Positions 6,165-15,755 of a DNA stretch of 64,000 nucleotides are shown piece after piece. A program made the translations under genes and the position numbers. The notes beneath the pieces are model-generated. The model saw only the letters and a list, made by a program, of their open reading frames with translations. It was not told the origin of the DNA and did not search any database. Every line of letters starts with the position of its first letter. Within the stretch, counting starts at the first letter, position 1. The DNA is taken from positions 130,169-194,168 of the forward strand of contig JBDUXZ010000003.1 of assembly GCA_039944855.1 (NCBI GenBank), given 5' to 3'. This DNA comes from Rhodothermales bacterium. GTDB lineage: Bacteria; Bacteroidota; Rhodothermia; Rhodothermales; JANQRZ01.

Positions 6165-8969
6165 ATGTACAGGCCCTCTCCCCGTATGCCCGAGCCGATG
6201 GATGCCGCCCGCTGGACCGCCGTCCAGACCCTGTTCGAGGCCGCGCTCGACTGCTCACCGGCCGAGCGCGACGCCTTCCTCCGCGCCGCCTGCGTGAACG
6301 CCGACGGCGTGCTCGACGCCGACCTCTACGCCGAGGTCGCCTCCCTCGTCAACGTCGAGGTCCACAGCCTGCTCCGCGGCCTCGCCGTCGACGCCGTCGA
6401 CCTCCCGGCGATGCTCTCGATGGAGGGCGAGCGCGTGGGGCCGTACCGGATCGTGCGGGAACTGGGGCGCGGCGGGATGGGCATCGTCTACCTCGCCGAG
6501 CGGGACGACGGCGCGTACGAGCAGGCCGTCGCGCTCAAGCTCGTCAAGCGGGGGATGGACTCGGAGTCGATCGTGCGGCGGTTCCAGCAGGAGCGGCAGA
6601 TCCTCGCCCGCCTCGCGCACCCCGGCATCGCCCGCCTCCTCGACGGCGGCCTCGCCGACGACGGCCGCCCGTACTTCGCGATGGAGGTCGTCGAGGGCGA
6701 GCCGATCACGGCGTACTGCGACGCGCGGGCGCTCGGCGTCGGCGCCCGCCTCGCGCTCTTCGAACGCGTCTGCGACGCGGTGGCGTACGCCCACACCCGC
6801 CTCATCGTCCACCGCGACCTCAAGCCGTCGAACATCCTCATCACCGACGGCGAGGCCGGGCCGGAGGTGAAGCTCCTCGACTTCGGGATCGCCCGCCTGC
6901 TCGAACACGACGGGCCGGGGCTGACGTGGTCCGGCCTCCGCCCGATGACGCCGGAGTACGCCGCGCCCGAGCAGGTCCGCGGCGAGCCCGTCACGACCGC
7001 CGCCGACGTGTACGCTCTCGGCACGCTCCTCTACGAACTCCTCGCCGGCCGCCGCCCCCACGCGCTCGACCGGAAAGATCCGCGCGCCCTCGAAGCGGCC
7101 ATCCTCGACGCCGAGCCGCCGCGCCCGAGCCTCGCCGTGCGGCAGGCCGTGACGATCGAGGGGGACGACGGGCCGCGCGCCGTGACGCCCGAGGGCGTCG
7201 CCCACACGCGGGCCACGACGCCCGAGCGGCTGACGCGTCGGCTCGCGGGCGACCTCGACACGATCACGCTCAAAGCGCTCGCGAAAGAGCCCGACGCGCG
7301 CTACTCCTCCGCCGAAGCCCTCGCCGACGACGTCCGCCGCCACCGGCGCGGCATCCCCGTCGAGGCCCGGCGCGCCACGGCGGGCTACCGGGTGCGGAAG
7401 TTCGTCATGCGCCACCGCGTCGGCGTGGCGACGGCGGCGGGCATCGTCGCCGTGCTCGCCGCCGTCATCGGGTTTTACACGGCGCGCCTCGCTGCTGAAC
7501 GCGACCGCGCCCAGCTCGAAGCCGCCAAGGCAACGCAGGTGGCGGCGTTCCTCGGCGGCGTGTTCCAGAGCGCCGACCCGAACGAGACGCGCGGCGACTC
7601 CGCCCTCGTCCGCGACGTGCTCGACCGCGGCGCCGCGCGCATCGGCGAACTCGCCGACCAGCCCGACGTGCAGGCCGCGCTCCTCCACGTCGTCGGCGAG
7701 GTCTACACCACGCTCGAACGGTACGACCGCGCCGACTCGCTCCTCTCGGCCTCGCTCGGGCTCCGCCGCACGCTCGGCTCGCCGCCTGAGGAGGTCGCCG
7801 CCGTCGCCGTCAGCCTCGCCCGCCTCCGCGACTACACCGGCGACTACGCCGCGGCAGACTCGCTCTTCCGCCTCGCCCTCGCGCTCCAGCGCGGCGCGCT
7901 CGGCCCCGACCACCCCGACGTCGCCGTGACGCTCCACGGCCTCGGCGCGGTCCACTACCGCCTCGGCCGCTACGCCGAAGCCGATTCCCTTTTCGACGCC
8001 GCTCTCACCATCCAGCTTCAGCACTTCGGCGCCGACGCGCTCGAGTTCGCCCCGACCTACGACTTCCTCGGCATCCTCGCCGACGAGATGGACGACGTGG
8101 ACGCGGCCGACTCCCTCGCGCAGCGCGCCCTCGCCATCCGACGCGCTCACCTCGCGCCACCCCATGCCGAACTCGCCGAGAGCCTGCTCAACGCGGGGCT
8201 CGCCAAGCGTACCCTGCGGCGCTACGACGAGGCTGAGGCGTACTACCTCGAAGCGCTCGCCATGCGCCGCGCGCTCTACGGCGAGCAGCACTCCGACGTG
8301 GCCCACTCGCTCAACCACCTCGCCAGCCTGCACTACAACCGGGGTGACTACGACGCCGCCGAGCGCTACGCCCGCGAGGGCTACGCCATCCGTCTCGCCC
8401 TCCACGGCCCCCACCACGTCGAGGTCGGAGCGAGCCTGGGCAACCTCGCCCGCATCCAGGAGGCGCGCGGCGACCTCGACGGGGCCGAGCAGACGCTCCG
8501 CCAGAACCTCGCCCTCATCCGCGCCACCGTTGGACCCGAGCACCCGTACGTCGGCGCGACGCTGTACCGGCTCGGCCGGATCGACGAGGCGCAGGGGCGG
8601 CTGGCCGAGGCCGAGGCCGCCTACCGCGAGGCCCTCGCGCTCTACCGCGCCGTGTGGCCGGACGGCAACCAGCGCGTCGGCGATGCCTGCCACGCCCTCG
8701 GCGCGCTCCTCGCCGAGCGCCGTCCCGCCGAGGCCGAGCCCCTGCTGCGCGAGAGCCTCCGCCTCCGCCGCGCCGACTGGGGTGACGACGACGTGCGGAC
8801 GGCCCGCACGCGCGGTGCGCTCGGCCTCGCCCTCGCCCGGACGAACCAGACCGAAGAGGCGGAGCGCGCCCTCGAAGACGCGCTCCGCGTGCTCCGCGCC
8901 GCCGGCACCGACACGACCGAGACCCAGCGGTTCTTCGACGCCCTCGCGGTGCTCTCGCTCCAGCGCTGA
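6165..8969 (+). CDS. Ser/Thr protein kinase with one TM helix and a long C-terminal TPR array
   Basis: Kinase motifs are GRGGMGIVYLA, AVALK, HRDLKPSNIL, DFGIA and APE. The TM helix is VGVATAAGIVAVLAAVIGFYTA. About 9 TPR-like units follow (pattern ...A.SL..LA.LY...G.Y..AE.L...AL). The start is uncertain among 6132, 6165, 6186 and 6198. Confidence 0.9.
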   Translation: MYRPSPRMPEPMDAARWTAVQTLFEAALDCSPAERDAFLRAACVNADGVLDADLYAEVASLVNVEVHSLLRGLAVDAVDLPAMLSMEGERVGPYRIVRELGRGGMGIVYLAERDDGAYEQAVALKLVKRGMDSESIVRRFQQERQILARLAHPGIARLLDGGLADDGRPYFAMEVVEGEPITAYCDARALGVGARLALFERVCDAVAYAHTRLIVHRDLKPSNILITDGEAGPEVKLLDFGIARLLEHDGPGLTWSGLRPMTPEYAAPEQVRGEPVTTAADVYALGTLLYELLAGRRPHALDRKDPRALEAAILDAEPPRPSLAVRQAVTIEGDDGPRAVTPEGVAHTRATTPERLTRRLAGDLDTITLKALAKEPDARYSSAEALADDVRRHRRGIPVEARRATAGYRVRKFVMRHRVGVATAAGIVAVLAAVIGFYTARLAAERDRAQLEAAKATQVAAFLGGVFQSADPNETRGDSALVRDVLDRGAARIGELADQPDVQAALLHVVGEVYTTLERYDRADSLLSASLGLRRTLGSPPEEVAAVAVSLARLRDYTGDYAAADSLFRLALALQRGALGPDHPDVAVTLHGLGAVHYRLGRYAEADSLFDAALTIQLQHFGADALEFAPTYDFLGILADEMDDVDAADSLAQRALAIRRAHLAPPHAELAESLLNAGLAKRTLRRYDEAEAYYLEALAMRRALYGEQHSDVAHSLNHLASLHYNRGDYDAAERYAREGYAIRLALHGPHHVEVGASLGNLARIQEARGDLDGAEQTLRQNLALIRATVGPEHPYVGATLYRLGRIDEAQGRLAEAEAAYREALALYRAVWPDGNQRVGDACHALGALLAERRPAEAEPLLRESLRLRRADWGDDDVRTARTRGALGLALARTNQTEEAERALEDALRVLRAAGTDTTETQRFFDALAVLSLQR

Positions 8970-9116
8970 GGCCCCGTGCAACCCTTCGTCGGACGGGGGA
9001 CGCTTTCCATTCCTCGTGAATACCGTGCGCGGGGTGCCCGCATGCGTGCGGCGGCGGGAAGGGTTCGGCGGCTCGGCGGTTACCTTTGGCTGCCCCCGCT
9101 TCCTTCCCCGCGCCCC

Positions 9117-10724
9117 ATGAGTTCGGATACGCTTCCCCCGCTGACCGAGGCCCGCCTCCGCAACGAGGTCGACCGCCGCCGCACGTTCGGTATCATCAGC
9201 CACCCCGACGCCGGCAAGACGACGCTCACCGAGCAACTCCTCCTCCTCGGCGGCGCCATCCACCTCGCCGGCGACGTCCGCGCCCGCAAGACCGGCCGCG
9301 CCGCCCGCAGCGACTGGATGGAGATCGAGCAGCAGCGCGGCATCTCCGTCACCTCGTCCGTGATGTCGTTCGAGTATGCCGGGCGCGAGATGAACCTCCT
9401 CGACACGCCGGGCCACCACGACTTCTCCGAGGACACGTACCGCGTGCTCACCGCCGTCGACAGCGCACTCATGGTGATCGACGCCGTGAAGGGCGTCGAG
9501 AGCCAGACGCAGAAGCTGATGGAGGTCTGCCGCCTCCGCGCCACACCCATCCTCACGTTCATCAACAAGCTCGACCGCGAGGCGCGCGACCCGCTCGAAC
9601 TCATCTCCGACATCGAGGAGCACCTCGGGATTGCTGCCGCACCGGTGACGTGGCCCGTCGGCATGGCCGACCGGTTCCGGGGGACGTACCACCTCATCGA
9701 CCACACGCTCCACCTCGCCAACCCCGCGCCCGGCACGCCCGACGTGGTGCAGACGAGCGGGCCGGACGACCCCCTGCTCAATGAGTTGCTCGGCAAACAG
9801 GCGGCGCGGCTGCGCGAGGACGTCGAGCTCCTCGCCGGGGCCGGCACGCCGTTCGACTTCGACGCCTACCGCGCGGGCACGCAGACGCCCGTCCTCTTCG
9901 GCAGCGCGCTCAACGGCTTCGGCGTCACCGCCCTCCTCGACCTCTTCGCCGAGATCGCCCCGCCGCCGCTGCCGCGCGAGACGACGACGCGCGCGGTCTC
10001 GCCCTACGAGACGGCGTTCTCCGGGTTCGTCTTCAAAGTGCAGGCGAACATGGACCCCAACCACCGCGACCGCATCGCCTTCCTGCGCATCTGCTCGGGC
10101 CGGTTCGAGCGCGGGATGAAGGTCCGCCACGCCCGCATCGGCCGCGACGTGCGGCTGGCGAACGCGACGGCGTTCTTCGCCCAGGACCGCGGCGGCGTCG
10201 AGGCCGCGTATCCCGGCGACATCATCGGCATCGCCAACCACGGGACGATCCGCGTCGGCGACACGTTCAGCGAGGGCGACGACCTCCAGTTTGTCGGGCT
10301 CCCGTCGTTCGCGCCGGACCACTTCCGCCGTGTCCGCGTCGAGAACGCGCTCCGCGCGAAGCAGCTCGAAAAGGGCCTCCGCCACCTCACCGAGGAGGGC
10401 ACGATCCAGCTCTACCGCCCGCTCACGACGAACGACTACGTGCTCGGCGCCGTCGGCCCGCTCCAGTTCGACGTCGTCGCGACGCGGCTCGACCGGGAGT
10501 ACGACGTGGATGTCAAGATGGATATGCTGCCGTACAAGGTCGCCCGCTGGGTGGAAGGCGACGACGTGGAGACCCTCAAGCGGTTCGAGCGGCGGCAGGC
10601 GTCGAGCCTCGCCCGCGACGCCGAGGGCAAGCTGGCCTTCCTCGGCGAGAGCGCGTTCTGGCTCGACCGCGCGCAGCAGGATTGGCCCGACCTCACCTTC
10701 CGCAGCACGATCGAAGTGCTCTGA
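9117..10724 (+). CDS. prfC: Peptide chain release factor 3
   Basis: Start at ATG 9117. It has [37 protein letters not shown] and NKLDR G-motifs, and looks RF3-like over the full length. Confidence 0.95.
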   Translation: MSSDTLPPLTEARLRNEVDRRRTFGIISHPDAGKTTLTEQLLLLGGAIHLAGDVRARKTGRAARSDWMEIEQQRGISVTSSVMSFEYAGREMNLLDTPGHHDFSEDTYRVLTAVDSALMVIDAVKGVESQTQKLMEVCRLRATPILTFINKLDREARDPLELISDIEEHLGIAAAPVTWPVGMADRFRGTYHLIDHTLHLANPAPGTPDVVQTSGPDDPLLNELLGKQAARLREDVELLAGAGTPFDFDAYRAGTQTPVLFGSALNGFGVTALLDLFAEIAPPPLPRETTTRAVSPYETAFSGFVFKVQANMDPNHRDRIAFLRICSGRFERGMKVRHARIGRDVRLANATAFFAQDRGGVEAAYPGDIIGIANHGTIRVGDTFSEGDDLQFVGLPSFAPDHFRRVRVENALRAKQLEKGLRHLTEEGTIQLYRPLTTNDYVLGAVGPLQFDVVATRLDREYDVDVKMDMLPYKVARWVEGDDVETLKRFERRQASSLARDAEGKLAFLGESAFWLDRAQQDWPDLTFRSTIEVL

Positions 10725-10850
10725 CGAGGCGATACGGACGGGCGGAGCCGGGCGAAGAAAAAGGGGGCGAAGCTAACCCTTCCGTGCGGATCACCCAGCC
10801 ATCCGGCTCGTTCTGAGGTGACGCCTCTCCCCTTCTCCCTTCTGCTCCCA

Positions 10851-12458
10851 ATGAACCGACTCCTCCTGTCCGCCGCAGCGGCGGCGTTCGTCCTCGTTGT
10901 GCTCCTCCCGGCGGCGGGATGCACCAACACCCCCGAGGGCGAGGTGACGATCGAGATCCCCGAGCCCATCGCGCGTGACTTCGCGGAGATCGTCGCGCGC
11001 GACACCCTCGTCGTGCTCACGCAGTTCAACTCGACGAGCTACTTCCTCTACCGCGGCGAGCCGATGGGGTACGAGTACGAATACCTCCGCCTCTTCGCCG
11101 ATAAGCACGACCTCTACCTGCAAACCATCGTCGTGCCCAACCGCGACAGCCTGTTCGTGCTGCTCAACCAGGGTGTGGGGGACGTCGTCGCGGCGCGGAT
11201 GACGCCGACGCTGGCGGACTCCAGCAAGGTCGGATTCACGCAGGCGCTCTACCGGACGAGCCCCGTCGTCGTCCAGCGCAAAGCGCCGACGGAGGCGGCG
11301 GACGTACCCGAAGAGGTGGAAGCGCTCGTGGACAGCGTGGCCGCGGCCCCGGAGAAGCTGGAAGACGTCGAGGACGGCCCCGATAAGGATGCAGACGAGG
11401 CATCGGACGAGTCGGTCCACGAGCTCCGCGCCCGCCTCGTGCGGCGGCCCGGCGACCTCGCCGGCGACTCCGTCCACGTCCTCGCCGGGACCCGGTTCGA
11501 GGACCGTCTGGTCGAGATCTCCGACGCGGTTTCGGGCGAGATCTACGTGGTCGAGGTGGACTCGGGCTCGGCCGAGATGCTCGTGCAGCAGGTGGCGGAG
11601 GAGGACGCGGAGTTCACCGTGACCCACGAGAACGTGGCCCAGCTCCAGGAGTCGTACTACAGCAACCTCGCCATCGTCCCCACCGTCGACCGCCCGTACG
11701 CGGTGGCGTGGGCCGTCCGCAAGAACGCCCCCGGCCTCGCCGACGCCCTCAACGGCTGGATCGACGGCAACCCCGGCCTCAAGGACCGGCTCTACCAGAA
11801 GTACTTCGTCGATAGCCGGGGCTACCGCGAGCGGATCGCCGACGCGTACCTCGCCTCGGAGACCGGCCGCCTCGGCCCCTTCGACGACCTCTTCCGAGAG
11901 CACGCGCCGACGCTGGACTGGGACTGGCGGCTCCTCGCCTCGCAGGCGTTCCAGGAGTCCCGGTTCGACCCGCAGGCGACGTCGTGGGCCGGGGCGATGG
12001 GCGTGCTCCAGCTGATGCCGGGGACGGCCCGGCAGTACGGCGTCTCGGACGCCTACGACCCCGCGCAGAACGTGGCCGGGGCCGTCCGCTTCCTCGACTG
12101 GCTCCAGACCGAGTTCTGGCCCGAGCGCGTGCCCGACGAGGAGGAGCGGCTGAAGTTCGTGCTCGCCTCGTACAACGCCGGCCCCGGTCACGTCGACGAC
12201 GCCCGCCGCCTCACCGAGAAGTACGGCGGTGACAAGAATAAGTGGGCGGACGTGGCCTACTGGCTGCTGCGGAAGTCGGAGCGCGAGGTCTACACGGACC
12301 CCGTAGTACGCCACGGGTTCTGCCGCGGGCTCGAGCCGGTGACGTACGTCGGACGCATCCTCGACCGCTACAACCACTACCTCCAGTTCGTCGACCCGCA
12401 GGACGCGCCCTCGCCCGCCGACCTCGACGCCAAGCCGGTCGAGACGCCGCCGTCGTGA
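10851..12458 (+). CDS. Membrane-bound lytic murein transglycosylase (MltF-like: periplasmic-binding-type domain plus SLT domain)
   Basis: Lipoprotein signal MNRLLLSAAAAAFVLVVLLPAAGC. The SLT catalytic block is LLASQAFQESRFDPQATSWAGAMGVLQLMPGTA...YNAGPGHV. Confidence 0.85.
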   Translation: MNRLLLSAAAAAFVLVVLLPAAGCTNTPEGEVTIEIPEPIARDFAEIVARDTLVVLTQFNSTSYFLYRGEPMGYEYEYLRLFADKHDLYLQTIVVPNRDSLFVLLNQGVGDVVAARMTPTLADSSKVGFTQALYRTSPVVVQRKAPTEAADVPEEVEALVDSVAAAPEKLEDVEDGPDKDADEASDESVHELRARLVRRPGDLAGDSVHVLAGTRFEDRLVEISDAVSGEIYVVEVDSGSAEMLVQQVAEEDAEFTVTHENVAQLQESYYSNLAIVPTVDRPYAVAWAVRKNAPGLADALNGWIDGNPGLKDRLYQKYFVDSRGYRERIADAYLASETGRLGPFDDLFREHAPTLDWDWRLLASQAFQESRFDPQATSWAGAMGVLQLMPGTARQYGVSDAYDPAQNVAGAVRFLDWLQTEFWPERVPDEEERLKFVLASYNAGPGHVDDARRLTEKYGGDKNKWADVAYWLLRKSEREVYTDPVVRHGFCRGLEPVTYVGRILDRYNHYLQFVDPQDAPSPADLDAKPVETPPS

Positions 12459-12547
12459 CCGAGCGCCCGTCGCGTCGGGTATGGGCAGAACCGGACGGGG
12501 CGCGGAGCCGTACTCGCTCGCCCTTCGCTCCGAGCCCGTCCCGACCG

Positions 12548-12868
12548 ATGACCTGCGCCTTCGCCGACTGCGCGCACACCGCGCACTGGAACCCGATCCT
12601 CGTCCTCCACCCGGCCCCGACGTTCCGCGGCCCCGGCTACGTCCCGACCTACGCCCGCACCAGCCTCGGCGTCTGCGACTTCCACCGGACCCAACTCACC
12701 CCGGAGCTCCTCACGCCCGACGCCGAGTGGGCCGACATCGTCCGCTCGTTCGAGCGCGCGGGGCGGCGGCGGCCGTCGCGCGCCCACGTCGCGCTCACGT
12801 TCGACGCCGTCGCGGAGATGACGCGGGTGATCGACATCGCCAAGCCGTTCACCCCGCCGCCCGGCTGA
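12548..12868 (+). CDS. Hypothetical small protein (106 aa)
   Basis: ATG at 12548 (MTCAFADCAHTAHWNPILVLH...). I recognise no family. Its 3' end overlaps the convergent ABC ATPase gene by 20 nt. Confidence 0.4.
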   Translation: MTCAFADCAHTAHWNPILVLHPAPTFRGPGYVPTYARTSLGVCDFHRTQLTPELLTPDAEWADIVRSFERAGRRRPSRAHVALTFDAVAEMTRVIDIAKPFTPPPG

Positions 12869-13646
12869 CGTCCAGAACCGCGTGCCCGTCATCCGCGCCG
12901 CCGCGCGCGAAGAACGCCTGGAGTTCGCGGAGCGTGCCCGGCGCCGAGGGCGTATCCCGCACGACGCGCCCGCCCGCGAGCACCAACACACGCGAGCACA
13001 CGTCGACGACGTGGTCGAGGTCGTGGCTGGAGACGAGGACGGTCGCACCGCGCTCGCGCTCGCGCCGGAGGAGGGCTTCGAGCTGGATGCGCGCGCCGGG
13101 GTCGAGGTTGGCGAAGGGCTCGTCGAGCACGACGAGGCCGGGCTCGGGCAGGAGGGCGCCGACGACGCCGACTTTGCCGGCGTTGCCGAGCGAGAGGTCG
13201 CGCAGGAGCGGATCGCCTCCCGTCACGGTCGGGCCGAGGAAGGCGGCGTAGCGCGCGACGCGGCGCTCCGTCTCGTCGGCCGGGAGCCCGTACGCCCCGC
13301 CGATGAGACGGAAGTACTCGCGCGGCCGGAGGTAGTCGACGAGGAAGCCCGCGTCGAGAAACGCACCGACGCGCGGCTTCCACGCATCGCTCGCGCCGAC
13401 GACGGTGTCGTCGACGGCGACCGTCCCGGTCGTCGGCCGGATGAGGTCGAGCGTGAGCCGGAGCAGCGTCGTCTTCCCCGCCCCGTTGTTGCCGACGAGC
13501 CCGACGGCCTCGCCCGGCGCGATGGAGAGGCGGTCGAGGGCTAGCGCCTCCGTGTCGCCGTAGCGCTTCACGAGGTCGGTGGCGACGACCGAGACGCCGA
13601 CGGTAGCGTGGGCGCGGGGAGGAAGGTCGGGCATCGAAACGGGCAT
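12849..13646 (-). CDS. ABC transporter ATP-binding protein
   Basis: Walker A is GNNGAGKTT, the signature is LSLGNAGK, Walker B is LVVLDEPFANLD and the H-loop is SSHD. Confidence 0.9.
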   Translation of the reverse strand: MPVSMPDLPPRAHATVGVSVVATDLVKRYGDTEALALDRLSIAPGEAVGLVGNNGAGKTTLLRLTLDLIRPTTGTVAVDDTVVGASDAWKPRVGAFLDAGFLVDYLRPREYFRLIGGAYGLPADETERRVARYAAFLGPTVTGGDPLLRDLSLGNAGKVGVVGALLPEPGLVVLDEPFANLDPGARIQLEALLRRERERGATVLVSSHDLDHVVDVCSRVLVLAGGRVVRDTPSAPGTLRELQAFFARGGADDGHAVLDVSRAAG

Positions 13647-13655
13647 CGGACAGCG

Positions 13656-15011
13656 TTAGAGGACGGAGCGGAAGCGGAGGGCGACGGCGTGGCGCTGCCG
13701 CACGAGGCGGACCTCGATCAGCCGCGCCCACAGCGGGAGTCCGAGCACACCGGCCGCGCCGACGACCGACGTCGCCGCGAGCCCACCGTCCGGCCCGAGC
13801 CCGACGAACAGCGCGACGGCGACAGCCCCGGCAAGCGCGAGCACGACCTGCGGCGGGAGCGATTGGACGCGCGGGCTCCCCATGAACTTGTCCTCGACGT
13901 CGAGCGGCTTCGGCGCGAACGTCGACCCGAGCACGGCCACGGGCGCGAGCACGCCCGCGCAGAACAGCACGGCCCCGCCGAGATCGGCCCACGCCTCGGG
14001 CGCGAGCGCGAGCGCGAGCCCGAGTTGGAGGACGCCGAGCGCGGCCGTCGCCCCGACGAGCAGCGTCAGCTTGGCGACGACGAACGCGCGGAGCGCGCCG
14101 GGCAGCGTCAGCAGCCGGTCGTAGTGGGCGCTCGCGAAGGGGAGCGCGAACTGCCCGGCCGAGATCGCGAACGTCCCGGTCGAGACCATCAGCAGCAGCG
14201 CCGTCGGCGCCTCGGCGTTCCAGCCGAAAGCGTACGCGCCTATGGCGACGGTCATCGCGACGGCGTTGAGCATGATGCCGCGCGGGAAGCGCGTCCGCGT
14301 GAGCAGCCGCCAGTCGAGGTCGAGGAAGGCCCGGACGCCCGCGCGCTCGAACCCGACCGCGCCCGGGCTCCGGTCCCGCCGCGCCCGTGTGGGTGGGTCG
14401 AGGTAGAGCGATTCGACGACGCTCCGATGCGCGAACGCCCCGAACGCGACGGCGAGCACACCGATCAACACAGCGGTCAACGCAGCGTTCGGTCCGAGCA
14501 CGCCGCCCGCCGCGAGCGTGACCGCCGCCGCGCCCGCGAGCGCCGCGCCGACGACCGCCACCGTCTCGCCCGGCGCCGTCCCGAGCCGCGTCTTCCACAC
14601 GACGACCGCGACGTGCGACACGGCCACGAGCGCGACGACGCCGAGCACGAACCCGAGCGCGGCCGTGCTGCCCGCCGCCTCGCGCACGGTCCGCGCCGCG
14701 AACGGCACGGCGAAGGCGAGCGGGGCCACGTTGAACACCGTCAGCACCGAGCGGATCGTCACCGCGCGCGCCACGCGCCGCCGCGCGACGGGCAGGACGA
14801 GAAACACCTCCGCCCCCCGCGTCGGCACGTCCTGAAACAGCACGCGGCCCACCGTCAGCAGCCCGAGCGCTGGGAGCAATGCCTGCTCGACGACGACGAG
14901 CGCCGAGACGCCAGGCGCCCATACCGAGAGCGTGTCCGGGAGCAGGAAGCCGAGCGCCGCCGCCGAGGCGACGGCGTAGACGAGCCCGAGCCCTTTCAGC
15001 ACGGCGAGCAC
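13656..15011 (-). CDS. Polytopic membrane protein, probable permease partner of the ABC ATPase
   Basis: 451 aa and about 12 hydrophobic helices. It sits 9 nt upstream of the ATPase gene on the same strand. I recognise no specific family. The frame stays open upstream to 15143 without a canonical start codon. Confidence 0.7.
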   Translation of the reverse strand: MLAVLKGLGLVYAVASAAALGFLLPDTLSVWAPGVSALVVVEQALLPALGLLTVGRVLFQDVPTRGAEVFLVLPVARRRVARAVTIRSVLTVFNVAPLAFAVPFAARTVREAAGSTAALGFVLGVVALVAVSHVAVVVWKTRLGTAPGETVAVVGAALAGAAAVTLAAGGVLGPNAALTAVLIGVLAVAFGAFAHRSVVESLYLDPPTRARRDRSPGAVGFERAGVRAFLDLDWRLLTRTRFPRGIMLNAVAMTVAIGAYAFGWNAEAPTALLLMVSTGTFAISAGQFALPFASAHYDRLLTLPGALRAFVVAKLTLLVGATAALGVLQLGLALALAPEAWADLGGAVLFCAGVLAPVAVLGSTFAPKPLDVEDKFMGSPRVQSLPPQVVLALAGAVAVALFVGLGPDGGLAATSVVGAAGVLGLPLWARLIEVRLVRQRHAVALRFRSVL

Positions 15012-15241
15012 GAGCCGGCCGCCGAGATACGGCGCGCGACGGAAGGCGAGGGCCTGGAGATAGAGCAGCGTCTGGAGCAGAAGGCGGGCGAAATAGCAGA
15101 GGGGAAGGACAGAACTCCGGGTATCGGGAAGACGCGCGCCAACCTATAAACCTCCGCCCTCATCCGGCAGGCCTCGGCGATACTTTCCTGCGGTCACCGT
15201 GCCGCCCGCACCCTCTACCTACCTGACGCCGCCCCGATGCC

Positions 15242-15748
15242 ATGGATGTAATCGAGACCGAGCGCCTGGTGCTCCGCCACCAGACCGAGGACGACGCCCC
15301 GTTCGTCCTCGGCCTCATGAACGACCCCGACTGGCTGCGCCACATCGGTGACCGGGGCGTCCGAACCGTCGCTGATGCCCGTGCTTACATCCGCGACGGC
15401 GCCGTCGCGATGTACGCGCAGCACGGGATCGGACTCTACCTCGTCGAGGCGAAAAGAAGGCGCGTCCCGGTCGGCGTCTGCGGGCTCCTCCGGCGGGCGA
15501 CGTTCGACGACGTGGACCTCGGCTTCGCGCTCGCCCCCGAGCATCGGGGCCGAGGGTATGCACGGGAAGCCGCTGCCGCGACGGTGGCGTACGGCCGCGA
15601 CGTACTCGGGCTCGACCGGATCGCCGCCATCGTCTCGCCCGGAAACGCCGCGTCTGTCCGACTGCTCGAAGGCCTCGGGTTCGCATTCGAGCGGCCGTTC
15701 ACGTACCCCGACGGGGACGCGGTGCAGCTCTTCGCGCTGGACCTCTGA
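15242..15748 (+). CDS. GNAT-family N-acetyltransferase (RimJ/RimL-like)
   Basis: 168 aa. The motif-A region is EHRGRGYAREAAAATVAYG, and the N-terminus (IETERLVLRH) is typical of the family. Confidence 0.85.
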   Translation: MDVIETERLVLRHQTEDDAPFVLGLMNDPDWLRHIGDRGVRTVADARAYIRDGAVAMYAQHGIGLYLVEAKRRRVPVGVCGLLRRATFDDVDLGFALAPEHRGRGYAREAAAATVAYGRDVLGLDRIAAIVSPGNAASVRLLEGLGFAFERPFTYPDGDAVQLFALDL

Positions 15749-15755
15749 GCCCGTC

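Noticed and set aside
6255-10385. A 1376-aa minus-strand ORF, plus many other long overlapping ORFs in the track (for example 582-1823, 1727-2824, 12889-14922, 15348-17696, 20702-23053, 45650-47557 and 61066-62826).
   Set aside because: They are antisense or out of frame relative to genes with clear family motifs (kinase, prfC, dcp, acr3 and others). Their composition is Arg/Gly/Ala/Asp/Pro-rich and low in complexity. Long stop-free frames of this kind are expected in high-GC DNA.
15012-15143. A possible longer N-terminus of the ABC permease. The frame is open and hydrophobic-looking up to 15143.
   Set aside because: There is no ATG, GTG or TTG codon in that stretch, so I kept the GTG at 15011. 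A non-canonical start cannot be excluded.
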